Assembly (NCBI GenBank): GCA_964016885.1 | Contig: OZ024743.1 | Coordinates: 217,620,001 to 217,684,000, forward strand | Length of the DNA stretch: 64,000 bases | Direction of reading: 5' to 3' | Source: Eledone cirrhosa | Taxonomy: Eukaryota | Shown: piece by piece, positions 11,673 to 25,176 of the stretch | Numbering within the stretch: position 1 is the stretch's first letter | Layout: each line of letters begins with the position of its first letter | Translations under genes and position numbers: made by a program | Notes under the pieces: generated by a model | What the model saw: the letters and a program-made list of their open reading frames with translations, nothing else | Database searches by the model: none | What the model was told of the DNA's origin: nothing

Positions 11673-14366
11673 TTGTCCTAAATAATGGACGTTATCTTGA
11701 AACCAGAATCCTATCCAATTTGCGGCCTAAAGAATAAATATCGCCAAAAGCACAGAAACACCTATTGGTGGTTTAAAACTGGGGACGGTTTGAAACCAAA
11801 GGCCAGAGCCGTAACTTCCCCGACTTTACCAATTAGCCTTCTAATATACACAATATACACTTCTTTAATTGTATATAATACATGATAAACACTATCACAC
11901 GTTAGAATGAATAGAGTATAATTCCGGTCAGTGTTCATACCATCGAGATCTAGACTGCTTGCTTGATACTAACTATAGCGACTGGGTCTTCAATTTCTTT
12001 CTCCCATTTGGAATTATTTCCTCTTCGAAATGTGAACTATGTTCATTGTTGATTGACGTTGTTTCGTGTCTAAAAATGCTCATTGGCAAGCATGTCTGTC
12101 ATAATTTGTTATATTTCCATAATTTGCTCTCAATAGAATCATCCAGTTTGTTGTTGCCAGTAAATGTCCCTTATCAATTACTGTTCCATGTTATTCTTGG
12201 TAACTGTTATGATCAGAAGCAATGCATATCTCGTTTTTATCTTCTTTAGTTGTTTTAGTTCCTTATTGTTGTTGTATTTATTAATATACTTATCTTGGAA
12301 TCCATCACCATTAGTTGTTATTGGTTAACTAACTATTTACAGATGCACTTTCCACTTATCGTCGTCTGTTATGAATCTCGATGGTTATCTATGTGGTATG
12401 TCAAGTCGATAGTAAACACGGTTAGATGATTATTACCGATGACATCTCTGACACCACATTGCTACAAATCAGCATTTCCAATATTCTTTTTTTTAGGTCT
12501 CAATTTTCAATGATAAGGACGTGAAAAAACAGAGGGTGTGGAAATGAATGATGAGATAGCTCATTCAATTATTGAACTGCGTACAGAAACAAATTATGAA
12601 ACCTGAAATATCTAATCAATTATGTTGAGAATAACAGAGTAACTGGATATAATACTGAAGAAGCAGGTTTTATAGATATACTAGAAATAAATTCTAGACT
12701 GCTTTAAAAAATTAGAGAGCCAAGGAAAGAAGCAAATATACAATCAATATGCCACGAAATAATAGTTATTTTCTCGAATGTATTTTTATTTAGAAAGTGT
12801 AAGTAAAACTGTTCATAAACAGTGAGTAAAATGCCTTACACGTTCCTACTCGTGTCACACTTATATAATATGAACCCAGGCAATTACACATGCAAAGATA
12901 TATTTCAAATGTAGCTTAGAAAAAACTATATGGGCAAAACTAATAGCCCATTATTTCTTATTGCACTATTCTATTATATGGGAATATATGGGAACATTTC
13001 CAGACTTCATATTTTTGTAAGTAACAATTATACTTGAACTAGCGTTTATTATAGATAAAGATTAAATAAATACGGTCAATGAATTGTTAAATTGTAGTTT
13101 GTAGCTTGCTGGACGAAGCTATCATCCAATTAAATACAAACATATTTCATCGTAAAGATTTCCCACACTTACATATGTAAACGAATTAGACACCAGTTCA
13201 TCATCATCAGTAACAGCTACCTAGCAACAACCAAACACTTTCAACGAAGCATACATAACTTGTCGTCAGAATCATTAATGATAAATATTTCAAGTTGAAG
13301 TTGAGGAAGTAGGAATCGGAGAATAAGTAATACGAAATGGCTGAATCGGCATACAGAAAATTGATATATCTCAATCCAATACTCACTCGATAAGTTTCAA
13401 CATTGATTTACTTTCTATGACCAATATCCACGACAAAAATAATTATCCGATCGCATTCACTTCTAGCCTGATAATCGTTGAAGATAATGTAATCTCATGA
13501 AATTTATTAACTTTATCTCCACCCATAAATATGTATCATTATTTTCTCCTTCATCTCATCTTAGAACCTTAAGTGCCCGAATCAACCCGGAGAAATTCAT
13601 AAGGTCACTCGACCGTCTAGAATAACAGTGAAATCCTTATCACATACGTTACCGTTTTAAGGCATGAAGAACCCATTGAACAATGCAATCCTTTTTTCAA
13701 TTATAAGTATATACTCTTAGACCAATAATAGAATCCACAAACCTCCCCTTTTTACCTGTCTTAAACTTCTACTTCATTTTATCTTTGTTTTGTAGTGCGT
13801 TTTATTTTTTCGTGTTTCTGCATGCGTTTGCGACTGCGTCTCTCTCTCTCTCTCTAACTCTCTCTGTATGCGTTTTTGAGTTTGTCAATTCAACATATTT
13901 TTTATGTGTTGGGGTTTGTATCGTTTGCTGTTTCGCTGTTTGTGTCTTATTTTGTGTCATTACTCTGTCTCCAGTAATTAAGTTGCGGGTTGTTACTATT
14001 ACAGTCCTGTCTTTTGTTCCGGCCAGCACTATTTTCTTTAATATGGGTGGCCTCTGGAATTTGTCTGATTGTTGCGTCAGTTCTATGTGTGGATTGGATC
14101 TTTATTTCTATGTTATCTATTGAGCACTTGTGTTCTAGTTTTGCGTGTTGGTATAGCACTGATGAGCTTTTTCTCCTCCTTAATTCCCCACTAGTGTTCC
14201 TTTAATCTCTCTCCTATACTACGAATTGTCTCTCCTATGTGTGTGTTTGTATAGTTTCTGTATCGTCCCTCTGCACATCTTATCCTAAAGACTAGATTTC
14301 TAGATTTACAGTTTATCTTTATGATTATCTTACCGACTATACAGTTTCTATCATATACATATGCTA

Positions 14367-14463
<97 letters not shown>

Positions 14464-15274
14464 TATATATCTGCCTGTCTGTCTGTTTGTCTGTTTCTTG
14501 CTGTGTGTGTGAGTACTTGTGAGTACATATTATCATATCTATCTGCGAAAATTTGAACCCCACTCCGACTTTCTTAAATCAATAATACTCCCATTCAATT
14601 CATTTAGAATGTGTAGCCTTTCCATATTTCATCTGAAATCTAATATTTGTCTCTTCTCCATTAGTTCCTATTCTAAGCTGTCAAGCAAATTTTTATGCGT
14701 TACATTTTCATATGTTCTAAACCCTTTAGCAACGCACTGAAAAACGCCCCAGGTTCAGCAATAGAATTTCTAGCTTTATGTACTAACAAGAATTTCTCTA
14801 TTATGCGTTGAAGTAGAAGCGAATAGGTGAAACAGTCGTAAAAAAATACATGAAATTAATTATACATTTCGAATTTACTCGTGTAAAGTTATAAAACTAG
14901 CCAAAATATTAACTGTTTCATTTATTTATATAGCTTTAACAATATATATAAAGCAAAATAAAACCAAACGCAGTTTAGATTTTTACCATAAAACTATTGA
15001 CAAACAATTCAGTAATGGATGAAAAGCATAATGTAACGACACAAACACGTTATGCTTATCCCATGATATGACATACCTACAAATAATATTTCCCCCAACG
15101 AATTATCTCTCAAACAAGTGAAGTCCCTCCCTTTCTTCCTATCAATCAATCGTCTTTTGGGGAATTGTAATCCTTGTATTTTTATTTCAATGGATTCTTT
15201 CATATTCTGTACACTTTTTATATTATAGATTTATATCTTTGTGGTAGATCAACAGTCAACCAGTCATACCAGTC

Positions 15275-15480
15275 GCCTCCCTCCACGCCACCGATGTTGT
15301 CCAAGAGAAAAGCAAAGACCGATACAGCTTAGCTCCCGTGACGTCGCAACTCATTTCTACAGTTGAGTAAACAGGAGCAACGTGAAATAAAGTGACTTGC
15401 TAGAGAGCACAAAGCATCAACCGGTCAAGGATTCGAATTCACAACCTCAGGATTGCAAGCCAAACACTAAGCCACGCGCT
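15275..15480 (-). mobile_element. tRNA-derived SINE family 2
   Basis: GGAGCAACGTGAAATAAAGTG..CTTGCT shared with copies at ~41430 and ~50090; B-box-like head on the minus strand. Confidence 0.75.
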
Positions 15481-15523
15481 TTTACTCATACAAACGCACA
15501 CACACACTTACAAATATATACAT

Positions 15524-15625
<102 letters not shown>

Positions 15626-15653
15626 GTGGTTACACAACAGTTAGTTCACCATA

Positions 15654-15693
15654 CCGAGAACAATTGTTTCACCTTCGCGGATCTTCAGCTCGG
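15654..15693 (-). ncRNA. Minimal type I hammerhead ribozyme
   Basis: CCGAG-CTGAAGA-TCCGCGAAGGT-GAAA-CAATTG-TT-CTCGG on the minus strand. Confidence 0.85.
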
Positions 15694-15778
15694 GATGTGT
15701 ATGGTTATAGGAACATAACCATACATGTCCCGAGCTGTGTATGGTTATAGGAACCAAGTTCCTATAACCATACACATC

Positions 15779-15817
15779 CCGAGCTGAAGATCCGCGAGGT
15801 GAAACAATTGTTCTCGG
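15779..15817 (+). ncRNA. Minimal type I hammerhead ribozyme
   Basis: CCGAG-CTGAAGA-TCCGCGAGGT-GAAA-CAATTG-TT-CTCGG. Confidence 0.85.
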
Positions 15818-15911
15818 TATGGTGAACTAACTGTTGTGTAACCACTTCTACCGAACTCGTCCCTTGGACTGAGTGCTCTACCACTACGGATATTACCTTG
15901 CAGTGTTCCAC

Positions 15912-15961
<50 letters not shown>

Positions 15962-15989
15962 TGAGAGCCGTAGCACGTCTTTCACGAAA

Positions 15990-16260
15990 ACAAGATTAGG
16001 ATTCCGAAAGACCATCCTTAGCAATGTCCATGATCTTTTCTGGCAAACAATTGCATGAGAAGTGGTTAGAACATGGAACGAATTTGTACCAGGTCTTTTT
16101 TCGTCTCACCAAATCATTTGACACACTGAACAGGGGAGCTTTGTAGAGAACATTGGAGGAGCTTTCATGCTCAGAAAGATTTCTGAGTATTCTGAAAGGA
16201 ATTCATGACGGCATGGTTGTTCGAGTGAATGTGAATGTAAAGCTGTCTAGACCCATAAAC
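15990..16260 (+). mobile_element. RTE/BovB-type LINE reverse transcriptase fragment
   Basis: GFRK..MIFSGKQLHEKWLEHGTNLYQVFFRLTKSFDTLNRGAL*RTLEELSCSERFLSILKGIHDGM matches the RTE motif MIFSLRQLQEKC..DLTKAFDTVNR..HDGM. Confidence 0.8.
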
Positions 16261-16449
16261 GCCAAGAATGGACTGAATAATATTTTGTCGAGAGAATTAC
16301 ACGCATATTAAATCTGCAAATCAATGTAAGTCCCTTGATGGTGTATAAAGGTACATTTGTTCGCAATACCCACAGGGCGTATTCTGATGTCATTTGGTAG
16401 ACATACTCAATCAGGGAGTGGCTGCCATCATACATATATATATATAGTA

Positions 16450-17365
16450 TTTGTGCTATGTGGGAAAGTGCTTGTTTAATAATTTGAAGACTCTAACTAT
16501 TCGTGTTCACTCGGACATGTTATAGGGTTGGTGGTTGTACTACCTAATCTGCCTGCGCCTATTTCTGTTAAGAGGGCTGGAGTGCTGTCAATGTAGGTAA
16601 TCTTGTCCATAAAGCGGCTGCGAGCTAGGGGCAGATGCTCTAAAAATATCTTCATTGGCTGAAAGACTCGTACTTCTAAGGTATACGCTTCTAACTAGAT
16701 TATTTGTAATATTTCTATAATCTATAATCTAGAGTTCACATTAATGTAGTTAATGGATTCGTTTGGTTTGTCGTAGGGCTAAATCAAAAATAGGAGTGGT
16801 GAGGTCTGTTGGATTGATGGATTACTTCAACCGAGGATCTTTTTGTTAATTTATCAATGTCCGAGCGATTGAGATTAATTAGCCGTACCGATGGTTTTCG
16901 CTAGAAGTTTGTTTTGCGGTCCTTAAATGTGAAGGGCGTGGAGTTCATCGGTAATGTTTTCGTCCGGCCTTCTACACTTAGGATTTTCGCGATCTCTTTG
17001 CCACTGGTATTTGTTTCGATTAGGAACCTATCATCTACGTTTTTGTAGGCGTTAGTAACAGCGTTTTGTCATCCTCTTGTACGTCAGCATATCCACCTTG
17101 TACAGGATTTTAGTTTTGTTGGAGGGTATATAGCGTTTAAGAAAAACTTTCATATTTAGAAGTTCGCCATTTAGGTAGGCGTGTAATGGTGTGTTGGCTC
17201 TACGGTACTTTACGTTTTTTAATCATTCGAAAGAGGTCATTTTCGAATGGTTCGAGCAAGGTGGTGGTAGTTGTGCCTTGTTAGTTTTAAATCGGAACTT
17301 TTCATCATTGGTAGATGCTTTGACAGAGCGCTGTCAACACCAATAACTAGGAACTTCTTTAAGTT
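16450..17365 (-). mobile_element. Penelope-like RT N-terminal relic
   Basis: EPFENDLFRMIK.., VTNAYK.., FTFKDRKTNF*RKPSVRLINLNRSDIDKLTK resemble the PLE motifs FENDL and TLKDHKENF..RLINP.KSEIG. Confidence 0.75.
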
Positions 17366-17368
17366 ATA

Positions 17369-17487
<119 letters not shown>

Positions 17488-19248
17488 ATGTATATGTATG
17501 CCTCTCTATTCCTATTTGCCTCTCTCCATATCTATTTATGCACCTGCGTGTATGTCTCTGTGTGTGTAAATGCATGGTATGTCTCTGCTCACAGAGATCA
17601 GTGTATAAGTTACCTAATACGCCAAAACGCATGAATAAATAAAACAAATTACCAAAATCAAAGGAAACAGGAATAGAGGATGAATAAAGAAGAATATTAT
17701 ACAGAGTTTTCAATGGTTTTATCTGTCTGTTTTCGTATCTATCAATCAGTGTATGGTTGTGAATAATTTATTGACTAAACTTGTATATATAAACAATTTG
17801 CATTAAATATAAAGCAGTGATATTTCGATCAATGACATGAAAACAAAATTCACATTTCGTGTCTTTCTTTTTCTTTTTGTACATTAGACGAGTTATTGCT
17901 GGAATTGTGTGGCTTTTTTTAGGACTATTAACCTCATCTATTTTGTTTCGTATTCACAAAATATTTTGGAACTGTATAGCATAATGGATTAGAACTTTGA
18001 AATATAAAAAACATGCGTTAAATATAAAAGACCTTTGTTCAAGTTTAGCCAAAATTGAAGAAAGCGTATGCATTATATTTTTTTTATTAACATTACCGTT
18101 CCACAAAAAAATAAACCATGATTGTTTTGAGGTTTGATTTGGTTTCTCAAAAGTACATCTGTTTATTGCCTCCAGGCATCATTTTTATAGATGTTTGGCT
18201 TTTATTTTATCAAACTATTTATTTTTCTTGGCAAATTGTTTTTTCGGCTATTTTGGAAATATTTTCAGTTGAAGAATAACTCGGAGTCGTAATATTAAGC
18301 ATATTTATTTTTTCTAACTGATTTATCAGTTAAATGTGAATTTAAATTATTTACTTTGGGAGAGTTGCAGCGGCAAGATTACCACTTATTCGAGAGAGAT
18401 ATTAATGTATTTTTGACCAGATAGAAAAGCAAAAGTTAAGTGCAATTTTTTTTATTATTATTTATAAATGTTTGAAATCCTACGCAATCTCTGTGCATGT
18501 CTTATGGTGATTTCACATCATAGTCAATATTCCATTGAAAAAGTTATATTCAATTTTAGAGATAGAACATTATTAATAACGATCTACAAAAGTCAAACAA
18601 GGTAAAGAGTTTAGTACAACTCACATATCCGGCATGGTGTTGCTACTGTTACTAACTAAAACAACTCTGAGCTTTTCCATGCAACTGTCATCCTGTCGAT
18701 TAACAGTTACATCAATTCTACATCTCACAGGTTATTATCTGTCCACAATCAATGTTATAGCTAATACAACAGTCGACTTTTCTCCGAACTAGCATGGCAC
18801 ATAACACTTTTCTACCCCATCCAATGCACCATCGACTCACATGATTTTTGTTGTGTCTAAATGACTGCATAAATAAAATACAAAAGATTTGATTAATAGA
18901 ACAGGCAAAACAAATTGCTCGAAGCACCATTTTAATATCATTTGATATGATAATTGGTTATGTATGGTCTGCAAAGTAAATGTGTAGACATATGTTTGTT
19001 TATTATTATGAGTAATTAAGTAGAGTTGATGAGGTTGAAATTTCTCAATTACAAGAGCCATTCATTTTTTAATAGGTCACAAAATGTCACCTCGAATCTT
19101 GTATCTCCCAAATACTGGCTAGGCGTTTTGAACCATTAAGCCAAGAAGCTTAGAATCATTAGACCACTATCCACGTGACAATTCTTAGCCATTTTGAATT
19201 CGTTTCTGGCGGGGATCATTTAAGAAAAATCTTTGTCCAATTGAGTTT

Positions 19249-19330
19249 GTTTCCTGATGATTTCGAAACTCGTTGATTTATCCAAGATCGGATATTTCCA
19301 AAATTCGAATGAAACCTCCAGGGTAGAGAT
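19249..19330 (+). ncRNA. Type I hammerhead ribozyme, extended stem II
   Basis: GTTTC-CTGATGA-TTTCGAA...TTCGAAT-GAAA-CCTCCAGGG-TA-GAGAT. Confidence 0.8.
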
Positions 19331-19502
19331 ATATTTGAAGATGTTGGTATGTTTATGTACACTTTTTCTTCTAACTTTGATTTTGTAAGTCTAGTCAATT
19401 TCTAAAGGCTATCAGAAATACTAGGTAATTTTTCTGTGGCTGTGAATCGCGGATAAAAAGCTATCATTTATTTATCTATTATTTCTTCATAGGTATTTTA
19501 TC

Positions 19503-19649
19503 GACGCCATGCTTTCCAGCATAGTTACGCCCCTTTACGATCTGAGTTCAAATCCCGCCGAGGTTGACTTTGCCTTTCATCCTTACGGGGTCGATAAAAT
19601 AAAGTACCAGTAATGAACTGGCCTTGTGCCTAAGGTAGAAACACTTATT
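19503..19649 (+). mobile_element. SINE family 1
   Basis: Matches the consensus; flanked by duplicated CTTCATAGGTAT. Confidence 0.9.
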
Positions 19650-19903
19650 ACTTCATAGGTATATTTTAAACTTACAACCTCGTTTAACTGATTTTTTGTA
19701 TGGTTGATTATGCTGGTTGGGAGAAGAAATATTGTATACATTTTATCTAATGATTCTATGGACTTACTTTCTTATATTTTGCTCTGATTGTTGATTATTT
19801 AATTAATTAATTCGTCATTGTGCCACACCGTAAATGGTTGCCAAAAACATATATATATATATATATATATGGCTCTGTCTAGTTTATGGGTATGTAAACT
19901 TCT

Positions 19904-19938
<35 letters not shown>

Positions 19939-19941
<3 letters not shown>

Positions 19942-20344
19942 AACAAGTAAGACCCCGACGGCTGAGCTCAAGCCGTTTCGACAGCTAATTCTGGACTGAA
20001 TGAAAATTTATTCTGGTATTTAAATAGCCGAGCTTATCAAGGGGTAATTCTATATCTGATAAAAGAGACAATCACCAGGATTGGTCACATCACAAGTTAG
20101 TAGTAAATCGGTGATGGCAAATTGGTGGGGGAAGGGGTAGCTAAATCTGCTGGTAGGAGAAAAAGGGAGAGGGGGTGGAGTAGACCCATTCATGCGTTGG
20201 TCGTGCCGGCTACAGCTGGGCGTGAGGTCAAATGGATACTGGGGAGGGGGAGGGGGAGGAATTCGAAACGGTAAGTAGAACAATGAAGGGTAAAACTATA
20301 AACAGTACTGAGAGAGAAAAAAAAAATAATAATAATTTCCTTCG

Positions 20345-20347
<3 letters not shown>
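19939..20347. mobile_element. HHR mini-element, family B, in (TA)n
   Basis: Left part is the reverse complement of 46482-46603. Right terminus TTTCCTTCGTTA is shared with the copies at 26559 and 46428. Confidence 0.75.
19952..20045 (-). ncRNA. Type I hammerhead ribozyme with U3-A8 core variant
   Basis: ACCCC-TTGATAA-GCTCGGCTA...TAGCTGTC-GAAA-CGGCT(TGAGCTC)AGCCG-TC-GGGGT. Confidence 0.8.
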
Positions 20348-20422
<75 letters not shown>

Positions 20423-20454
20423 GTATATGTATATATATATTTACTATAAATTTA

Positions 20455-21440
20455 TGTCCATAGAATTATTTGATAAGATATATACTCCATTTCCTCTCCC
20501 AATTAGCATAATCAACCACACAAAAAATCAATTAAACCAGGCTATAAGATTAAAAGGCACCTATGAAGAAATAATAGATAAATAAACGACAGCCATCTAT
20601 GCGCGATCAACAGCTATAGAATATTTACCCACCATTTCAATAGCACGTGGAAATCGATTAAATATATCGTCAACCATACACAATTAGGTATAAAATTAAA
20701 GTTAGAAGAAAAAATGCATATACACATACCAGGATTACATTTCTACCCTTAGGGTTTCGTTCGCTTTCGGAAATATCCTATCAAGGATATATTCTCGAGC
20801 TTCGAACTCATCAGGAAACAAACTCACTTGGACAAAGATTTTTCTTAAATGATCCCCGCCAGAAACGAATTCAAAGTGGCTAATAACTGTGACGTGGCAG
20901 TGGTCAAGTCAGAAAGAATGTGATTGGTGCCTTACGGCTAGTGGGCTGGTTGCTAGAAAGCGCAGCCTAATGTTGCCTCAATTGCATCTCAACCTTATAT
21001 AGGAGATTATCAAATATAAAGATTTACATATACACAAACTAGACAAAGTCATACATATTTTTTTGGCAACCATCCACGATGTGGCACAATGATGAATTAA
21101 TAAATTAAATAATTGTTTCTACTTTGGGCACAAGGCCAGCAAATACCCAGTTCATTACTGGTACTTTTTTTTATCGACCCCGTAAGGATGAAAGGCAAAG
21201 TCAACCTCGGCGGGATTTGAACTCAGATCGTAAAGGGACGTAACTATGCTGGAAAGCATGGCGTCCGACCCTCTACTGATACTGCCAATCCACTGCCCTC
21301 GTTTTAAATTAAATAATGAGAGCAATATACTATAAATTATGTCCATAGAATCATTTGATAAGATATCTACCCCATTTCCTCTCCCAATTAGCATAATCTA
21401 CCACACAAACTGACTTTGTCTAGTTTGTGTATATGTAAAT

Positions 21441-21445
<5 letters not shown>
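20455..21445 (-). mobile_element. Partial tandem pLTR-like copies with an inverted tail; SINE family 1 inserted at 21108-21298
   Basis: GTCCATAGAAT..GATAAGATAT..CCATTTCCTCTCCCAATTAGCATAATC at ~20456 and ~21341. 21411-21445 is the inverse of ~21016-21050. SINE TSD AAATTAAATAAT. Confidence 0.7.
20739..20819 (-). ncRNA. Type I hammerhead ribozyme, extended stem II
   Basis: GTTTC-CTGATGA-GTTCG...ATATCC(TTGATA)GGATAT...CGAAC-GAAA-CCCTAAGGG-TA-GAAAT; canonical core including G10.1-C11.1. Confidence 0.9.
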
Positions 21446-21508
<63 letters not shown>

Positions 21509-21509
21509 G

Positions 21510-21663
<154 letters not shown>

Positions 21664-22945
21664 GAGAGGAGGGGGAGAGAGATCAACGTACATAAGTAAA
21701 CCTATTTACCCGTATATATGAGTGTGCGTGTGTGTGTAAGTGTTTTTCTGTGTTCGGTTTTACCACACATCGATATGTGGTTTCGTGTGTATATAATTGA
21801 AACGTTGTACTTCTCTTAGTGTGAATGAGTGTATATATGTACATTTGCGTATAGTTGGGATTGGGTATATACATACTTATATCTGCATACGTTTGATCGA
21901 GCGTCGATCATTCTCCATACATAAAATGTAGCATGTTAACAGTTACACGCTGTAGCCTAGGTTAAGGTATTCATCTCTTTAGAGATGAATGTAATCAATC
22001 ATATTGAGAGTATATTATGAAGTTAGACACATTTTGTATAACAACATAGCTTATCTATACTTTCATGTGACATTTGTCATATGTAAATATTACAGAATGG
22101 TTGTTATCTTTGGAGATGATGATGTGAAATATGAGGATAGTTCTCTTATATCACTATGTAGTCGACGTTGCAGTTAGTTACAGCTCATTGATACACTATT
22201 TCATATGTATTATTCATATTGCTGAAGAATATTCTTCCCCCTACTACATGTAATATTTAATCCTCAGGTGACATACTCCCTCTCAAACATTAACTCTATT
22301 TTTGTACACCTTTTGTTGATTATTTCCAGTTAAACATTAATCAAACTAATCTATGACCAAATATATTCCTGGCATGATCATATATGTATTGTAATAGGAG
22401 TTAGAAATAATTACATTATCTCGTGTGTCCTCTCTTCACTTAAAAGAATAGAGGCTCATTTGAAAGGGATTTTGCTACTATTTTTAGTGGGACAAATCAT
22501 CATGCAGAAGCTACCTCGTTGACTCTTTTGCACGCTTGTAGATTCTGAAGCATTACTGTTGAGGCGAGAATAGAGATTAAAGTTTTGGGAGTGTGACATT
22601 ATTGATGATTTAGTTTATTTAGATAATATGTTTTGGTTTTATTTTCTATTTGTTTAGGCCATTTGGGTGAGATGTCAGATTTACAGATTGTTCAATGTGA
22701 ATAGCTGAGGCAGTGGAACATTGAACTTAATTCATTAAGAATTTAACTTGAGCCTTTGGGGTTACGAAGTTTGAGTACTGAAAGCTTTAAATCCTTAATC
22801 TCAATAACATATAAACAAATCCGACATTGCGAATAATTTAATCACGTCTACAACCCACTAAAGAGCAAGGGAAAATCTGTAAAACAGCTATTTCAATTTT
22901 AATTATGTGAAACAAGAAATGTTTCATAGGTGCATTGATGTAAAT

Positions 22946-23070
<125 letters not shown>

Positions 23071-23089
23071 AGCAAATTATAAACGTAAA

Positions 23090-23340
23090 CATGTAAGTAT
23101 GATTTTGAAACGGTGCGCGAGTTTGAAATTAGAAATTAGAAATTATAAGCTTTCACCGTATTTTAGACTAAAGAAATTTCTAGCCTGATAGTGGGGTTTA
23201 TATCCCTCGGAGAAATGGAAAAGGATGAGTGTTGCTGTACATGGGAGCATGTACAGCAACACTCATCTTTTTCCATTTCTCCGAGGGTTATAAACCCCAC
23301 TATCAGGCTAGAAATTTCTTTAGTCTAAAATACGGTGAAA

Positions 23341-23341
<1 letters not shown>
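23090..23341. mobile_element. Fold-back mini-element, family C, in (TA)n
   Basis: Near-perfect inverted repeat 23150-23243/23248-23341 plus a unique tail. Homologs at 34510-34775 and 37111-37212. Confidence 0.85.
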
Positions 23342-23391
<50 letters not shown>

Positions 23392-23424
23392 ACTGACATC
23401 ATAGGAATTTTCCGACTGCACAGC

Positions 23425-23760
23425 ATAAGGGTAGAGTGTGGATTGTATAGAGATGCCGCCCTCTTCACCTTCCGGAGCAATAATACATAACTATTGCAGC
23501 AAAACTAGAAAAACACAGGAACGCGTATAAGCTGTTATACGCGTTTTAGCAACTACTAACAACTTTGACCACAACGACGGTGAATTTCCTGGATGTGACA
23601 CTAGAGTTAGACACGGAAATACGTTGACCTTACCATAAGTCCAATAAAGATATCCGATATGTTAGCATCCACTCGAGCCACTCTAAATCGGAAGTTCATT
23701 GTCAAAGGGGTATCTGGCCGGATATCAGCTGTCAGCTAATGCTAAGTTATTTCGTCATCA
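23425..23760 (+). mobile_element. Penelope-like RT palm/thumb relic
   Basis: CGLYRDAALF (cf. GLYRDDGL) and TVNFLDVTLELDTEIR*PYHKSNKDIRYVSIHSSH. Confidence 0.8.
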
Positions 23761-23799
23761 TGTTTAACACTCTGTTTAAATATGTAAATATTCTTCTAG

Positions 23800-24620
23800 G
23801 TGGGTTTCCTGGGTGTTTATCTAATTTTAGATGAATAAACAATTTGAGTTGACTTAGGAAAAGTTTCTATCCCGTCCAGCTGCAGTCCATCATTATTTAT
23901 GTCTTTGTGATAACATTTTGTTTTTGTCAAGATGTATGGTGAACATCGGCAGCGTGGATGCAGCACGTTGTTTTGAAATTGTTCGGAAACCAAGAGTGCG
24001 TGTTGATTACAAAATATTCCTGCTCTGCCCTCAATCCAGCTGCATTGTAATTTCCATTTCTTTGTTTCCTAATCACGTTTTCCAATAACCTTTTCTTTCC
24101 CGATTCTGGCAAGGAACGAGCTTGTCTCTTGTTAATATTCGGAGAGGATGTTGTTCTCTTTGTGGTAGAATGTGCTTTTAACATCTTCATTAACATCTAC
24201 TACAGGTGCATTCGTTTAGCTAAAAGTAATGACACTGTCTCTTTATAGTGATATATTACGAGGCATGAATATATGAATGATTATCTGTAAACAAATGGTC
24301 CATCACCGATTTCATCTTCACAGTAAAACCGACTCCATAAGATGCGTTCTCTCCTTTCGTTCCTCCTACAAAAACATGGGACGATCTGAACCGAATTCTT
24401 GAATGTTTGCAGATGTTGCTACTCTTGTATTAGGTAAGGCCTGAATTTTCAACCTTGTCAGTTTGTGATTCACAAGAGCTGTTTTTAGGAAGATATTTTG
24501 ATGTTGCCTTTCATACCAAGCAAAGATCCGACGTTTCCTGTTCCTCTGTTTAAATAATAATTCCACAAATAAGGTGGCCTCTCGGATACAATTTCGGAGC
24601 CAGAGATAAATGTGACATCC
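23800..24620 (-). mobile_element. Probable PLE linker/GIY-YIG relic; 24175-24277 recurs inverted at 24779-24881
   Basis: The ~100 bp inverted duplicate is seen directly. Protein similarity is weak (RRERILW.., LDG..QIVY). Confidence 0.45.
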
Positions 24621-24660
24621 GATATTTTATCTAAATGTATTCTTTGTGTGTATATATATA

Positions 24661-24709
<49 letters not shown>

Positions 24710-25176
24710 ATGTGTGTGTGTGGGGGGGGGGGGTATATAACCGGTGAAGATCCATCTGTTCACAGTAAGAGCTATCAATCATATATTCATACCTCGTAAT
24801 ATATCACTATAAGGAAAAAGTTTCATTACTTTTAGCTAAACCAATGCACCTGTAGTAGATGTTAATGAAGATGTTAAAAGCAAATAACTGTATATTCGCG
24901 CGCGCGCGCGTGTGTGTCTGTGTGTATAAATATATATATATATATATATATTTATTAAAATAACAGATTAAAGTTTAAGCAAAGAAGCTATATACAATAC
25001 ATAAACAGAGAAAGCCTTAAGCGATACTCCGACCAACTCCATCTCACTCAACAAACATTAGAATATACTTAAGTATTATCCCAATTTAGTGTTTGGGGTG
25101 CTAACTAATCAGTATTTCGTGGATAGCTGGTTGTATTATTTTATATGAGACATTATTAAATAAATATTTCTTTCCT

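Larger units (their letters stand above)
19170..19910 (+). mobile_element. Non-coding PLE pLTR-like element with HHR, interrupted by a SINE
   Basis: Homologous in inverted orientation to 20455-20895 and 21010-21410. Carries the HHR at 19249. Confidence 0.7.

Noticed and set aside
23184-23220. CTGATAGT-hairpin-GAAA in family C read as a hammerhead
   Set aside because: Core is non-canonical, stems I and III are not conserved between copies, and it lies on the strand opposite the element tail.
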